This document shows positions 7,096 through 16,834 of a stretch of DNA of 64,000 nt, one piece after another. Both the position numbers and the translations under genes were made by a program. Below the pieces are notes generated by a model, which worked only from the letters and a program-made list of their open reading frames with translations, did no database searches and was not told where the DNA came from. This DNA is from Patescibacteria group bacterium (GTDB lineage: Bacteria > Patescibacteriota > Minisyncoccia > Phycocordibacterales > Phycocordibacteraceae): contig JAGWVF010000004.1 in NCBI GenBank assembly GCA_018971045.1, positions 8,535 through 72,534 on the forward strand, written 5' to 3'. How positions within the stretch are numbered: position 1 is the stretch's first letter; each line of letters starts with the position of its first letter.

Positions 7096-9489
7096 ATGCC
7101 CTACGAACATCGCGAAATCGAGCGCGCCGCCCAAGCGAAGTGGGCGGAGCTCAATCTCTATGAGACCGATCTCGCCGATTCTTCGAAGGAACCGTATTAT
7201 CTCCTCGCTGAGTTTCCGTATCCGTCGGGCGATCTCCATATCGGCCATTGGTATGCGTTCGCGGTGACGGATATCTACGCGCGCATGCTGAGGCAGCGCG
7301 GGAAGAACGTGCTTTTTCCCATCGGTTTTGACGCGTTCGGACTTCCCGCCGAGAATGCGGCGATCAAGAACGGCGTCGACCCGAAGGAATGGACGCTGAA
7401 GAATATCGAGCGGATGCGCCGGCAGCTCCAGAGCATGGGCGCCTCATTCGACTGGCCAAAGGAGGTTGTCACGTGCGATCCGGACTACTACCGCTGGACG
7501 CAGTGGCTTTTCGCGAGACTCTTTGAGCACGGGCTCGCCGAGCGCAGGGAAGCGGCAGTGAAGTGGTGCCCAAAGGATCAGACGGTGCTTGCGAACGAAC
7601 AGGTGATCGACGGTTGCTGTGAACGCTGTGGTACGCCGGTGGAGGAGAAACGGCTTACCCAATGGTTCCTGAAGATTACCCGGTATGCCGAACGGCTGCT
7701 TTCGGGACTCGAAACTCTGCCGTGGCGCGAAGAGATCAAGGAGGCGCAACGCGCATGGATCGGCAAGAGCGAGGGCGCGGCCTTAACATTCAACGTCCCA
7801 CAAACGGGGAAAGGGATCGAAGTCTTCACGACGCGCCCCGACACGCTCTTCGGAGCGACCTATCTCGTTCTCGCGCCCGAACATCCTCTGGTCGCGGAGT
7901 TCCTGCCGATGCTCGCGAATGCGGAAACCGTTCAAGCGTATGTTGACGCGACGTCGAAGAAAACCGAACGCGAACGCGGCGAGAATAAAGAGAAGACCGG
8001 CGTGGAGCTGAAGGGGGTGCGGGCGATTAACCCGGGGACGAACGAAGAGATTCCGATCTATATCGCCGATTACGCCCTCGCGTCCTACGGCACCGGCGCG
8101 GTGATGGCGGTTCCCGCCCACGACGAGCGCGATGGAGAATTCGCCGCGTTAATGGGCCTACCGGCTCGCGAAGTCGTCGAGCGCGGCGATAAACCGTTGC
8201 CGTACACCGGATCCGGCGCGCTCATAAACTCGGGAGATTTCTCCGGCCGCAACAGCGAGGAAGCAAAATGGGATATCGCCGCTTCGGTGGGCGGCAAAAA
8301 GACGACCAACTACCGCATCCGCGATTGGCTGATCAGCCGCCAGCGCTATTGGGGCTGTCCGATCCCGATCGTGTATGGTCCGGATGGTAAGCCGCATGCG
8401 ATTCCCGCCGAGCATTTGCCGTGGATGCTCCCGACTGATGTCGATTTCAAGCCGACCGGCCGCGCTCCCCTGGCTTCATCAGAAGAGCTCAAGGAGCGCG
8501 TAATAAGGATTTTCGGCGAAGGATGGACCCCGGAGTACGATACCTTCGACACCTTTATGGACTCGTCGTGGTACTTTCTCCGGTATCTCGATCCGAAGGA
8601 CGCGCACGATTTCTCCGAAGCCGCGCTTATGAAAAAGTGGATGCCGGTGAATCGCTACTCCGGCGGAAGCGAACACACGACGATGCATCTCCTGTATGCG
8701 CGTTTTTTTATGAAAGCGCTTTATGATCTCGCGCTGGTGCCGGTTGACGAACCCTTCGCCGAGCGTTTTAATCGCGGGCTCATTATGGGTCCCGACGGCC
8801 AGAAAATGAGCAAATCGAAGGGGAATGTCGTGAATCCTGACGAATTCGTTCAGCGGTACGGCGCCGACGCGGTGCGGCTTTACCTCGCGTTTATTGGTCC
8901 CTACAATGAGCCGGGAAGTTATCCCTGGAATCTCGACGGCGTCGCCTCGATGCGCAAGTTTCTTGAGCGTATCGAGCGTCTCGTCGACGTCGAGAAGAAA
9001 TCTACGGACATCGTAAGTCCGTATATTGGGCAGGTGGTGGCTAAGACGAGCAAGAAAATCGCTGATGACGGCGATCGGTTTAAATTTAATACCGGCGTCG
9101 CGGCGCTTATGTCGCTCCTGAATGAACTCGAGGCATTGCCCGAAACGCCGACAGAAGCACTCGCGCAGTTTGTGATCATGCTGGCGCCCTTCGCTCCTCA
9201 TCTCGCCGATCATTTATGGGAGAGGCTCGGCGGAGAGGGAAGCGTGCACCAGCAGGCGTGGCCTTCGACCGAAGTCGCGGCGGCGACCGAACATGAAGTC
9301 GTAGTGCAGGTCAACGGCAAGCGGCGCGGCTCGATTACTCTCCCCGCGGGTACCCCTGAAGAAGAGGCGATCGCGGCGGCGCGGGCGCTCTCTCCGGTTG
9401 CCGCAGCACTAGGCGGGAAAGATCCCTCGAGAGTCATCTATTTGCCCGACCGTCTCGTAAATCTGGTCACTGCCGAGCGAGCGAGTTGA
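7096..9489 (+). CDS. leuS: Leucine--tRNA ligase
   Basis: FPYPSGDLHIGH, TTRPDT editing motif, KMSKS. Confidence 0.97.
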   Translation: MPYEHREIERAAQAKWAELNLYETDLADSSKEPYYLLAEFPYPSGDLHIGHWYAFAVTDIYARMLRQRGKNVLFPIGFDAFGLPAENAAIKNGVDPKEWTLKNIERMRRQLQSMGASFDWPKEVVTCDPDYYRWTQWLFARLFEHGLAERREAAVKWCPKDQTVLANEQVIDGCCERCGTPVEEKRLTQWFLKITRYAERLLSGLETLPWREEIKEAQRAWIGKSEGAALTFNVPQTGKGIEVFTTRPDTLFGATYLVLAPEHPLVAEFLPMLANAETVQAYVDATSKKTERERGENKEKTGVELKGVRAINPGTNEEIPIYIADYALASYGTGAVMAVPAHDERDGEFAALMGLPAREVVERGDKPLPYTGSGALINSGDFSGRNSEEAKWDIAASVGGKKTTNYRIRDWLISRQRYWGCPIPIVYGPDGKPHAIPAEHLPWMLPTDVDFKPTGRAPLASSEELKERVIRIFGEGWTPEYDTFDTFMDSSWYFLRYLDPKDAHDFSEAALMKKWMPVNRYSGGSEHTTMHLLYARFFMKALYDLALVPVDEPFAERFNRGLIMGPDGQKMSKSKGNVVNPDEFVQRYGADAVRLYLAFIGPYNEPGSYPWNLDGVASMRKFLERIERLVDVEKKSTDIVSPYIGQVVAKTSKKIADDGDRFKFNTGVAALMSLLNELEALPETPTEALAQFVIMLAPFAPHLADHLWERLGGEGSVHQQAWPSTEVAAATEHEVVVQVNGKRRGSITLPAGTPEEEAIAAARALSPVAAALGGKDPSRVIYLPDRLVNLVTAERAS

Positions 9490-9514
9490 CGATAATTGGC
9501 ATACCTGCTAGATT
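9486..9514 (+). promoter_or_regulatory. Sigma70-type promoter of the infA-rpsI operon
   Basis: TTGACG-N17-TAGATT with TG extended -10. Confidence 0.6.
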
Positions 9515-9548
9515 ACAGAAGCATCCGAATGAAAGTAATGAACCATAA

Positions 9549-9821
9549 ATGAGCGAAGGAGACGATACAAAATCAACGACGGTTGGCACCGTTGAAGAGG
9601 TGTTGCCTAATTCGCTCTTTCGGGTTCGTTTGGAGGCGCCGGAGGATCCGACGGTCGAGGACTCGGAAGATGGGGATACGGGCGCGGAAGGAGATCTTCT
9701 CCTCGCGTACCTGGCCGGAAAGATGCGCTTACACCGCATTCGCGTCTTGGTCGGCGACCAGGTCGAAATGGTGCTTGACCCGTACGGAGGCCGGGCGCGA
9801 ATAGTGCGCAGATTAACTTAA
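9549..9821 (+). CDS. infA: Translation initiation factor IF-1 with acidic insertion
   Basis: G.VEE.LPN..FRV...LAGKMR..RIRVL.GD.V...GRARIV.R. Confidence 0.93.
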   Translation: MSEGDDTKSTTVGTVEEVLPNSLFRVRLEAPEDPTVEDSEDGDTGAEGDLLLAYLAGKMRLHRIRVLVGDQVEMVLDPYGGRARIVRRLT

Positions 9822-9838
9822 TTTTTAAACTCGTTACG

Positions 9839-9955
9839 ATGAAAGTCCGTGCGTCCATCAAAGTACAACAGCCAGGAGATCAGCTTGTTCGTCGAGGCGG
9901 ACGCTTGTATCGTATTAATAAGAAGAACCCGCGCCGCAAAGCGCGCCAGGGTTAA
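9839..9955 (+). CDS. rpmJ: 50S ribosomal protein L36, Cys-free form (not in ORF track)
   Basis: Manual translation [38 protein letters not shown]; canonical position between infA and rpsM. Confidence 0.95.
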   Translation: MKVRASIKVQQPGDQLVRRGGRLYRINKKNPRRKARQG

Positions 9956-9979
9956 TTCACCTCATCCTCATTTTTCGAT

Positions 9980-10360
9980 ATGCGTATCGCCGGCGTCACC
10001 CTTCCCGATAACAAACAACTTGCGTACTCGCTCCCCCTTATTTTTGGTATTGGTCCGACGCGCGCTCGCGAGATTCTCAAACAGGCGAGCATTCCGGCGG
10101 CGAAGAAAGGAAGCGAGCTTACTGCGGACGAGGAACAGCGGATCCGCGCGCTCGCCGAAGCTTTTACGATCGAGGGCGAGTTGCGCCGCGAGATCGGCCA
10201 GAATATCAAGCGACTCAAAGATATCCATTCATACCGCGGCGATCGCCATGCGCGCGGGATGCCGGTCCGCGGCCAACGCACCAAGACCAATTCGCGCACG
10301 CGCCGCGGCAACGTGCGCAAAACGATGACCTCGGGCCGTCGTAAGCTCGAAAAGACATAA
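9980..10360 (+). CDS. rpsM: 30S ribosomal protein S13
   Basis: RIAGV..P, GIG, YRG.RH..GMPVRGQRTKTN. Confidence 0.97.
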   Translation: MRIAGVTLPDNKQLAYSLPLIFGIGPTRAREILKQASIPAAKKGSELTADEEQRIRALAEAFTIEGELRREIGQNIKRLKDIHSYRGDRHARGMPVRGQRTKTNSRTRRGNVRKTMTSGRRKLEKT

Positions 10361-10368
10361 ATAATTCT

Positions 10369-10803
10369 ATGGGAAAGAAACGCATCATTAAGAAAAGCGG
10401 CAAGGGCCTCGATCAGGGGCGCAAGGAGCGCGCCTTGTCGAAGGCGACTAAGCGGCACCTCGAGAAGGGCATTCTTCATATCGAGGCGACTTTCAACAAT
10501 ACCAAAGCGATTCTCACCGATGAGAAGGGCAATGCGGTCGTGTCGTCAAGCGCTGGCGCGCTCGGCTTCTCCGGCGCGCGCAAGTCGACGCCGTACGCCG
10601 CCGCCAAGGTGGGGGAGTTTCTCGGCGAGAAGGGAACCATGATCGGCCTTAAGGAGGCGTCCGTGGTGATCCGCGGCGTGGGCGCCGGCCGCGAGTCGGT
10701 GTTGCGAGCCTTCTCGGGCAAGGGCATCCAGATCCGAGCCATTAAGGACGCTACTCCCGTCCCGCATAACGGCCCGCGCCCGCCAAAGCCTCGCCGCGTG
10801 TAA
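10369..10803 (+). CDS. rpsK: 30S ribosomal protein S11
   Basis: ATFNNT, GF.G.RKSTPYAA, TPVPHNG.RPPK.RRV. Confidence 0.97.
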   Translation: MGKKRIIKKSGKGLDQGRKERALSKATKRHLEKGILHIEATFNNTKAILTDEKGNAVVSSSAGALGFSGARKSTPYAAAKVGEFLGEKGTMIGLKEASVVIRGVGAGRESVLRAFSGKGIQIRAIKDATPVPHNGPRPPKPRRV

Positions 10804-10813
10804 TTCTTGATTT

Positions 10814-11425
10814 ATGAAAACCGGACCACGATATAAGCTCGCAAAGCGCCTTGGCGCAACCGTCTTCGAGAAAGCGCAGACTCAGAAGTTTGCGATCTCT
10901 GCCGAGCGATCGGCGAAGAATAAGCGCCGCGGACGCGGCCGCCAGAGCGAATACGGAAAGCAGATGCTCGAGAAGCAGAAGGTACGCGTTACCTACGGTC
11001 TTCCGGAGCGCCAGTTTCGCAACTATGTGCGCAAGGCGCTCGCGACCCATTCGTCGCAGCCGACGGATCGGCTTCACGAACTTCTCGAACTCCGCCTCGA
11101 CAACGTCGTGTGGCGGCTCGGGCTGGCGTCGACCCGACGCGGCGCGCGGCAAATGGTCGCTCACGGACACATCCTCGTGAACGGTCGGAAGATGCGCGTG
11201 CCGTCCTGCGCGCTCTCGGTGCACGATCGGATCAGCGTTCGCGAGGGTTCAAAGGAACACGGCGTGCTCGTCGGTTTCGCCGATCGCTTCGCCGATCGCT
11301 CACTCCCGTCCTGGCTCTTGTGGAATCCGAAGACGATGGAAGGATCGATTGTCGAGCTCCCGACAAGCGCCTCGGCGGATGTCGCGGGCGATCTCGTTTC
11401 GGTGCTCTCGTTCTATACGAGATAA
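10814..11425 (+). CDS. rpsD: 30S ribosomal protein S4
   Basis: SEYG.Q..EKQK, LE.RLDNVV.RLG, ARQ.V.HGHI.VNG. Confidence 0.97.
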   Translation: MKTGPRYKLAKRLGATVFEKAQTQKFAISAERSAKNKRRGRGRQSEYGKQMLEKQKVRVTYGLPERQFRNYVRKALATHSSQPTDRLHELLELRLDNVVWRLGLASTRRGARQMVAHGHILVNGRKMRVPSCALSVHDRISVREGSKEHGVLVGFADRFADRSLPSWLLWNPKTMEGSIVELPTSASADVAGDLVSVLSFYTR

Positions 11426-11452
11426 TTATTTATTGGTTATTACGATTGCGTT

Positions 11453-12403
11453 ATGGAATACCACATCACTCTTCCCAGTAAGCCGCGTATCGTGTCCGAG
11501 GAGGACATGCAGGGCGTCTACGAAATTGATTCTCTCTATCCAGGATACGGGCATACGCTCGGCAATTCGTTGCGGCGCATCATTCTTTCGTCGCTTTCCG
11601 GCGCGGCGATCACTCAAGTCAAGATCGAAGGCGTTCCGCACGAATTCGCGACGATCGACGGGATGCGCGAGACCGTGATGGAGCTGCTTTTGAACCTCAA
11701 GCGCGTCCACTTTATCCTCCACGGCGACGAACCGCAGACCATCTCGCTTACCGTCAAAGGGACCGGCGAGGTTACGGCAAAAGATTTCAAACTCCCGAGC
11801 CAGGTCGAGATTAAGAATCCGGATCAGCATATCTGCGATCTTTCGGGCAAGACGACTCTCGAACTTGAAGCGACGATCGAGCGCGGACTCGGGTATGTGC
11901 CGCGCGAAGTGCTTACGAAGGATAAAGTCGATATCGGCACCATCGCGCTTGACGCGACGTTTACTCCGATCCGCCGCGTGAATTATGAAGTCGACAATAT
12001 GCGCGTCGGCGATCGCACCGATTTCAATCGGTTGCGCATTCTGATTGAAACGAATGGCACGATCGCTCCGCGCGAGGCGCTCGAGCAGTCGATCGAAACG
12101 ATGATCCACCAGCTGAAGGCGGTTATCGGCTTCCAAGAAAACGAGACGCCGATGCAGGACGATTTTTCCGCAGACATGAAAGACTCTCCTTCAGGCGCAA
12201 GCGCGGCAAAGGTGAAGGTCGCCGATCTCGGTCTTTCGGCGCGAGTCGTTTCGGCGCTCGAAGACGCGGGAATCAAGAGCGCCGCCGGCCTCGCTCGGAA
12301 GACGGCAGACGCTCTTAAGGAGCTCGACGGCATCGGCGAAAAGGCGATCGAAGAGATCACTGAAGCGCTCGCCGGTCTCGGCCTCACCCTCAAGGGAGAA
12401 TAA
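11453..12403 (+). CDS. rpoA: RNA polymerase subunit alpha
   Basis: GYGHTLGNSLRRI.LSS, GV.HEF, V.N.RVG.RTD. Confidence 0.97.
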   Translation: MEYHITLPSKPRIVSEEDMQGVYEIDSLYPGYGHTLGNSLRRIILSSLSGAAITQVKIEGVPHEFATIDGMRETVMELLLNLKRVHFILHGDEPQTISLTVKGTGEVTAKDFKLPSQVEIKNPDQHICDLSGKTTLELEATIERGLGYVPREVLTKDKVDIGTIALDATFTPIRRVNYEVDNMRVGDRTDFNRLRILIETNGTIAPREALEQSIETMIHQLKAVIGFQENETPMQDDFSADMKDSPSGASAAKVKVADLGLSARVVSALEDAGIKSAAGLARKTADALKELDGIGEKAIEEITEALAGLGLTLKGE

Positions 12404-12410
12404 TTCCGAT

Positions 12411-12764
12411 ATGGCGTATACGAAAAAAGCGCAAACCTTCCACCGTAAGAGCGACCAGCGTCGGGCGCTTTTGAAGTCGCTCATGCGTTCTCTGATCCTC
12501 GAAGAGCGCATCTCAACGACTGAAGCCAAGGCGAAGGCGCTCCGACCCGCCGTCGAACGTCTCGTCACGTACGGCAAGAAGAATACGCTCGCGAGCCGCC
12601 GGCTCGCGAAGGCGCGCCTCGGCGACGATGAAGCGGTCAAGAAGCTCTTCAGCGCCATCGCGCCGCGCTATGCGGATCGTGCCGGCGGCTATACGCGCAT
12701 CGTGAAGCGTTCCGTACGAGGGTCTAATGACGCGCGGAAGCTTGCGTATATCGCTTTTGTTTAG
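12411..12764 (+). CDS. rplQ: 50S ribosomal protein L17
   Basis: I.TTEAKAK.LR, R.GGYTRI.K. Confidence 0.96.
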   Translation: MAYTKKAQTFHRKSDQRRALLKSLMRSLILEERISTTEAKAKALRPAVERLVTYGKKNTLASRRLAKARLGDDEAVKKLFSAIAPRYADRAGGYTRIVKRSVRGSNDARKLAYIAFV

Positions 12765-12782
12765 TACACCTTACGTATCGTT

Positions 12783-13154
12783 ATGACCAAAAACACGAAA
12801 CTGGCACCGACTACCTACACGATCGACGCTACCGATCGCGCCCTCGGCCGCGTGGCGAGCGAGGCGGCGCACGCGCTTCTCGGCAAGCGATCAGCGCATT
12901 TCGCGAAGAATCAAGCTCTGCCCGTTACCGTGGTGATCGAGAATGCGAGCAAGCTCCATCTCCCGCTCCGTCGGGTGAAAGGCAAGGTCTATACCCGCTA
13001 CACGGGCTACCGCGCCGGACTGCGCGAGACGCGTATGGACGCGATGATCGAGAAGAAGGGCATCATCGAGGTCGTCAAGAAGACGGTGGATGGAATGATC
13101 CCGCGCAACAAGCTTCGCGCTCCGAGAATGAAGCATCTTATCGTTAACGCATAA
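12783..13154 (+). CDS. rplM: 50S ribosomal protein L13
   Basis: IDA....LGR.AS..A..L.GK, Y.RYTGY..GL, V.GM.P.NKL. Confidence 0.93.
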   Translation: MTKNTKLAPTTYTIDATDRALGRVASEAAHALLGKRSAHFAKNQALPVTVVIENASKLHLPLRRVKGKVYTRYTGYRAGLRETRMDAMIEKKGIIEVVKKTVDGMIPRNKLRAPRMKHLIVNA

Positions 13155-13159
13155 ATAAT

Positions 13160-13555
13160 ATGGCTACGCAATTTATTACCGCAGTGGGGCGTCGAAAGAC
13201 CGCAGTCGCGACGGTGCGCATGCACGCGGCATCGAAATCGCTCCTCACCGTCAATGGACGGGAGTCGAAGGATTATTTTAAGACAGTCGAACGCGCGCTT
13301 ATCGCCGAGGAGGCGCTTGCGAAGGCCGAAAGCGCCGAGCACTACGCGGTCGCCGCGTATGTGCGAGGCGGCGGCATTGCGGCTCAGGCCGATGCGGTTC
13401 GCCACGCGATCAGCCGCGCGATTACGAAGGCCGAACCGAATACCCGTAAGACGCTGAAGAGCTCCGGATTCCTCAAACGCGATCCGCGCGCCAAAGAGCG
13501 GAAGAAACCGGGACTCAAGAAGGCGCGCAAGGCTCCGCAGTGGAGCAAGCGCTAG
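13160..13555 (+). CDS. rpsI: 30S ribosomal protein S9
   Basis: GRRKTAVA, GGG...QA.A.RH, ERKKPGLKKARKAPQWSKR. Confidence 0.97.
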   Translation: MATQFITAVGRRKTAVATVRMHAASKSLLTVNGRESKDYFKTVERALIAEEALAKAESAEHYAVAAYVRGGGIAAQADAVRHAISRAITKAEPNTRKTLKSSGFLKRDPRAKERKKPGLKKARKAPQWSKR

Positions 13556-13639
13556 CTCCCGGCGCCGGCGCTCGCTCGGCGGCGCTCGACAAAAAGCGAA
13601 GTGGAGTATACTAGAGACGTTAGCCATAACGTATTCCGT

Positions 13640-14272
13640 ATGCATAAAAAGCTTTTAGTTATAGCCGCAAGTGCGGCGATGCTCGCTCTGCCGGCGTTCG
13701 CGCTTGCCGATGAAGAGCATTCAGGTTTCGACAGATCGCTCCACTGTGCCGATACTGTGGGGAGTCCGGTGGTGAATGTCACCGAGAAGATCAAGAATGA
13801 CGCTGATTCTGGTATTGCGGGGAATAATTGGGCGCTTGACGCGCTTGAACGCCATATCACGGTATGGAAGACGGCGACACCGGGCACTTACTGCGCCACC
13901 GTCCGCGACGAGGGATCGTTTCAGGCCTTTGCGGGCGAGAAAAGCCCTGGTAATACCGGTGTTTTGACGGGTAACGAACGCGGCGAGATACAGGGCGGGT
14001 ATGTCGCCACGATTACCGGCAGTCTCCTTCAAAACCCGGCGGGGAAGACAAAAGGAAGAGTCGACGCCGTCGACTATCGGTGCGACGAACAGGGAAACTG
14101 TCCGGGGTATGTGAGCTGGATGGGACAGTACTTTACGGCTGGCTACGGCAGTACCATGCCATGGTGGGGCTGGATCTATGACGGAGGGAAGTTCGGCACC
14201 TGGGTGAATGCCGCAAGCGGCAACTCGGGCGATATTCTTCCGGCTGTCTCTGGAGAAGGTCACGGCGACTAG
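13640..14272 (+). CDS. Secreted hypothetical protein
   Basis: Signal peptide MHKKLLVIAASAAMLALPAFALA; 4 Cys, Trp/Gly-rich; own terminator. Confidence 0.75.
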   Translation: MHKKLLVIAASAAMLALPAFALADEEHSGFDRSLHCADTVGSPVVNVTEKIKNDADSGIAGNNWALDALERHITVWKTATPGTYCATVRDEGSFQAFAGEKSPGNTGVLTGNERGEIQGGYVATITGSLLQNPAGKTKGRVDAVDYRCDEQGNCPGYVSWMGQYFTAGYGSTMPWWGWIYDGGKFGTWVNAASGNSGDILPAVSGEGHGD

Positions 14273-14286
14273 CTCTGGCAGGTTCG

Positions 14287-14326
14287 ATAAAAGCCCCGCT
14301 CTGGCGGGGCTTTTATATTTTTTTTT
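14287..14326 (+). terminator. Rho-independent terminator
   Basis: ATAAAAGCCCCGC-TCTG-GCGGGGCTTTTAT followed by a T run. Confidence 0.85.
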
Positions 14327-14353
14327 GACAGCGCAAATTCTTTCAGGCACAAT
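14325..14353 (+). promoter_or_regulatory. Promoter of grpE-dnaK-dnaJ
   Basis: TTGACA-N17-CACAAT, 6 nt before grpE ATG. Confidence 0.65.
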
Positions 14354-14359
14354 GAGGAT

Positions 14360-14905
14360 ATGAAGGAATGGCGCGGAGACGATATCGATTCGGAGGACGT
14401 GGCGCTTGAGCCGGAGCATAACGAACCGCCGAAGGGCGGCGACGCGCACAAGACGGTCGCGAAGCTTCGGGCCGAGCTCGAGAAGGCGCTCGCAGAGAAG
14501 CAGGAAAATCTCGACGGATGGCAACGCTCGAAAGCCGACTACGTGAATCTCTTGCGCCGCGGCGAGGAAGCGGCGAAGGCGGCGGAGTCGGCAGGGAAGA
14601 TACGGGCTGTCGAGACGCTTCTGCCCGCTTTCGATGCGCTCGAGCGCGCTAAAGAACACGGCGACATTCCCGAGGGATTCGTGGCAATCGCGAAACAGCT
14701 CGAAGGCGCGTTCGCCGCGCTTGGGTTCGAGGAAGTGGGGAAAGTGGGCGAGCCGTTCAATCCGGCAGTTCACGAGGCGTTCGGCCAGGATCAGGCCGAA
14801 TCAGTTGAAACGGATGACACTATTACGGTAGTATTAGAAAAAGGATGGAAGATCGGCGATGCGGTCATCCGGCCCGCGAAAGTTCGCGTCGCGCATTATT
14901 CGTAA
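14360..14905 (+). CDS. grpE: Nucleotide exchange factor GrpE
   Basis: [25 protein letters not shown]. Confidence 0.95.
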   Translation: MKEWRGDDIDSEDVALEPEHNEPPKGGDAHKTVAKLRAELEKALAEKQENLDGWQRSKADYVNLLRRGEEAAKAAESAGKIRAVETLLPAFDALERAKEHGDIPEGFVAIAKQLEGAFAALGFEEVGKVGEPFNPAVHEAFGQDQAESVETDDTITVVLEKGWKIGDAVIRPAKVRVAHYS

Positions 14906-14921
14906 CTTTCATAATATATCT

Positions 14922-16832
14922 ATGGCAAAAATTCTTGGTATCGATTTGGGAACGACAAATTCCGCGATGGCGATCGTCGAGGGCGGCGAGCCGCGCGTTT
15001 TAGAGAATGCCGAGGGCGCGCGGACGACGCCGTCCATCGTCGCGGTCGGGAAGACGGGCGAACGCATCGTCGGAACGCTCGCCAAGCGCCAGTCGGTGAC
15101 GAATCCCCTGAACACCATCTTCCAGATCAAGCGTTTCATCGGCCACTCCTTCGATGAACCGGAGGTGCAGAAGGATAAGGCCGCAGTGCCCTTTGAAATG
15201 CGCAAAGCCGACAACGGCGGCATCGAGGTCAAGATGAACGAGAAGTGGTATCGCCCCGAAGAGCTATCCGCGATGATACTCGGGAAGCTGAAGGCTGACG
15301 CTGAGGCGAAGCTCGGCGAGAAGGTGTCGCAAGCGGTCATCACGGTCCCGGCGTACTTCAACGACGATCAGCGCAGCGCCACCAAAGCCGCGGGCCAGAT
15401 CGCCGGTCTTGAAGTCTTGCGCATCATCAACGAACCGACCGCCGCGGCGCTCGCGTACGGCTTTAACAAGAAGAAGGACGAGAAGATCGCCGTCTTCGAC
15501 TTCGGCGGCGGAACTTTCGATATCTCGGTGCTTGACGTCGGCGGCGACGTCATCGAGGTGAAGAGCACCGACGGCGACGCGCATCTGGGCGGCAAGGATA
15601 TCGATCAGAAAATTATTAACTGGCTCGCCGATGAATTTAAGAAAGAAAGCGGCATCGACGTGCGCTCAGACGCGCTCGCGCGCCAACGCCTCGATGAGGC
15701 CGCCGAGAAGGCGAAAATCGAGCTGAGTAGCGCGATGGAGACCGAAGTGAACATTCCCTTCCTTACTTCCGACGCGTCCGGACCGCGCCATCTCCTGATT
15801 AAGATGAGCCGCGCCAAACTCGAGGAGCTCGCCGGCGAGTTTATCGAGCGCGCGATGGCGATCACGAAGCGCGCGATGGACGCGTCGCCCTTCAAGATCC
15901 CCGATATCAATGAAGTAATCCTCGTCGGCGGGCAGACGCGCATGCCGATGATCCAGGCAGAAGTCGAGAAATTCTTCGGAAAAAAGCCGAATATGAGCGT
16001 GAACCCCGATGAGGTAGTCGCCATAGGGGCCGCCATTCAGGCCGGCATTCTCCAGGGCGACGTGAAGGACATTCTGCTCGTCGACGTGATTCCGCTCTCG
16101 CTTGCGATCGAGACGATGGGCGGCGTCGCGACGAAGCTCGTGGAGCGCAACACCGCGATCCCGACGAGCCGCTCGCAAACGTTCTCGACCGCCGCGGACA
16201 ATCAATCATCGGTGGAAATTCATATTACTCAGGGCGAGCGCGCCATGAGCGCCGACAATAAGTCGCTCGGGAAATTCATGCTCGACGGGATCCCGCCGGC
16301 TCCGCGCGGAATGCCGCAGGTCGAGGTTACGTTCGACATTGACGCTTCGGGCATTCTCACCGTGAAGGCCAAAGAGAAGACAACCGGCAAGGAGCAAAGC
16401 ATCCGCATAGAAGGTTCGACGGGCCTCTCGAAGGAGGACATCGAGAAGATGAAGGCTGACGCTGAAGCGAATGCCGCGGACGACGAGAAGCGCAAGGTGC
16501 TGGTCGAGGCGCGAAATATCGCGGATCAGACGATCTATGCCGCCGAAAAGGCGATCAAGGATAACGGCGAAAAGGCCGGCGCCGAGATCGTGAAAGAAGT
16601 GCAGGATAAAATCGACGCTCTCAAGGTCGCACGCGCGAGCGAGGATCCGGCGACGATTAAGACCGCAACCGAGAATCTCTCGAAGGTTATGATGAAAATC
16701 GGCGAAGCGATGATGTCCGCTTCCGAAGGAAAGGAAGAGACGCCCTCTGCCGAAAGTTCCGGCCAAAAAGGAGGGGAGGGACCGGAACAGGACGAGGGGC
16801 CGAAAGACGCCGAGTTTAAAGAAAAATCCTGA
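14922..16832 (+). CDS. dnaK: Chaperone DnaK
   Basis: [25 protein letters not shown]; start at MAKILG. Confidence 0.98.
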   Translation: MAKILGIDLGTTNSAMAIVEGGEPRVLENAEGARTTPSIVAVGKTGERIVGTLAKRQSVTNPLNTIFQIKRFIGHSFDEPEVQKDKAAVPFEMRKADNGGIEVKMNEKWYRPEELSAMILGKLKADAEAKLGEKVSQAVITVPAYFNDDQRSATKAAGQIAGLEVLRIINEPTAAALAYGFNKKKDEKIAVFDFGGGTFDISVLDVGGDVIEVKSTDGDAHLGGKDIDQKIINWLADEFKKESGIDVRSDALARQRLDEAAEKAKIELSSAMETEVNIPFLTSDASGPRHLLIKMSRAKLEELAGEFIERAMAITKRAMDASPFKIPDINEVILVGGQTRMPMIQAEVEKFFGKKPNMSVNPDEVVAIGAAIQAGILQGDVKDILLVDVIPLSLAIETMGGVATKLVERNTAIPTSRSQTFSTAADNQSSVEIHITQGERAMSADNKSLGKFMLDGIPPAPRGMPQVEVTFDIDASGILTVKAKEKTTGKEQSIRIEGSTGLSKEDIEKMKADAEANAADDEKRKVLVEARNIADQTIYAAEKAIKDNGEKAGAEIVKEVQDKIDALKVARASEDPATIKTATENLSKVMMKIGEAMMSASEGKEETPSAESSGQKGGEGPEQDEGPKDAEFKEKS

Positions 16833-16834
16833 CA

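Noticed and set aside
9529-9552. Short uORF MKVMNHK* overlapping the infA start (ATGA)
   Set aside because: Short ORFs arise easily in AT-rich leaders; no independent support
9849-10328. 159-aa ORF-track call across the infA-rpsM region
   Set aside because: Wrong frame; the region is explained by rpmJ (9839-9955) and rpsM
14320-14360. CIRCE operator before grpE-dnaK-dnaJ
   Set aside because: No TTAGCACTC-N9-GAGTGCTAA found
13721-14773. 350-aa minus-strand ORF, and similar long antisense ORFs at 6088-6864, 18201-19217, 19815-20675, 34058-34951, 44205-45188, 51182-52153, 53531-54448 and 60127-61053
   Set aside because: Shadow frames of well-supported genes in GC-rich DNA, with no recognisable motifs
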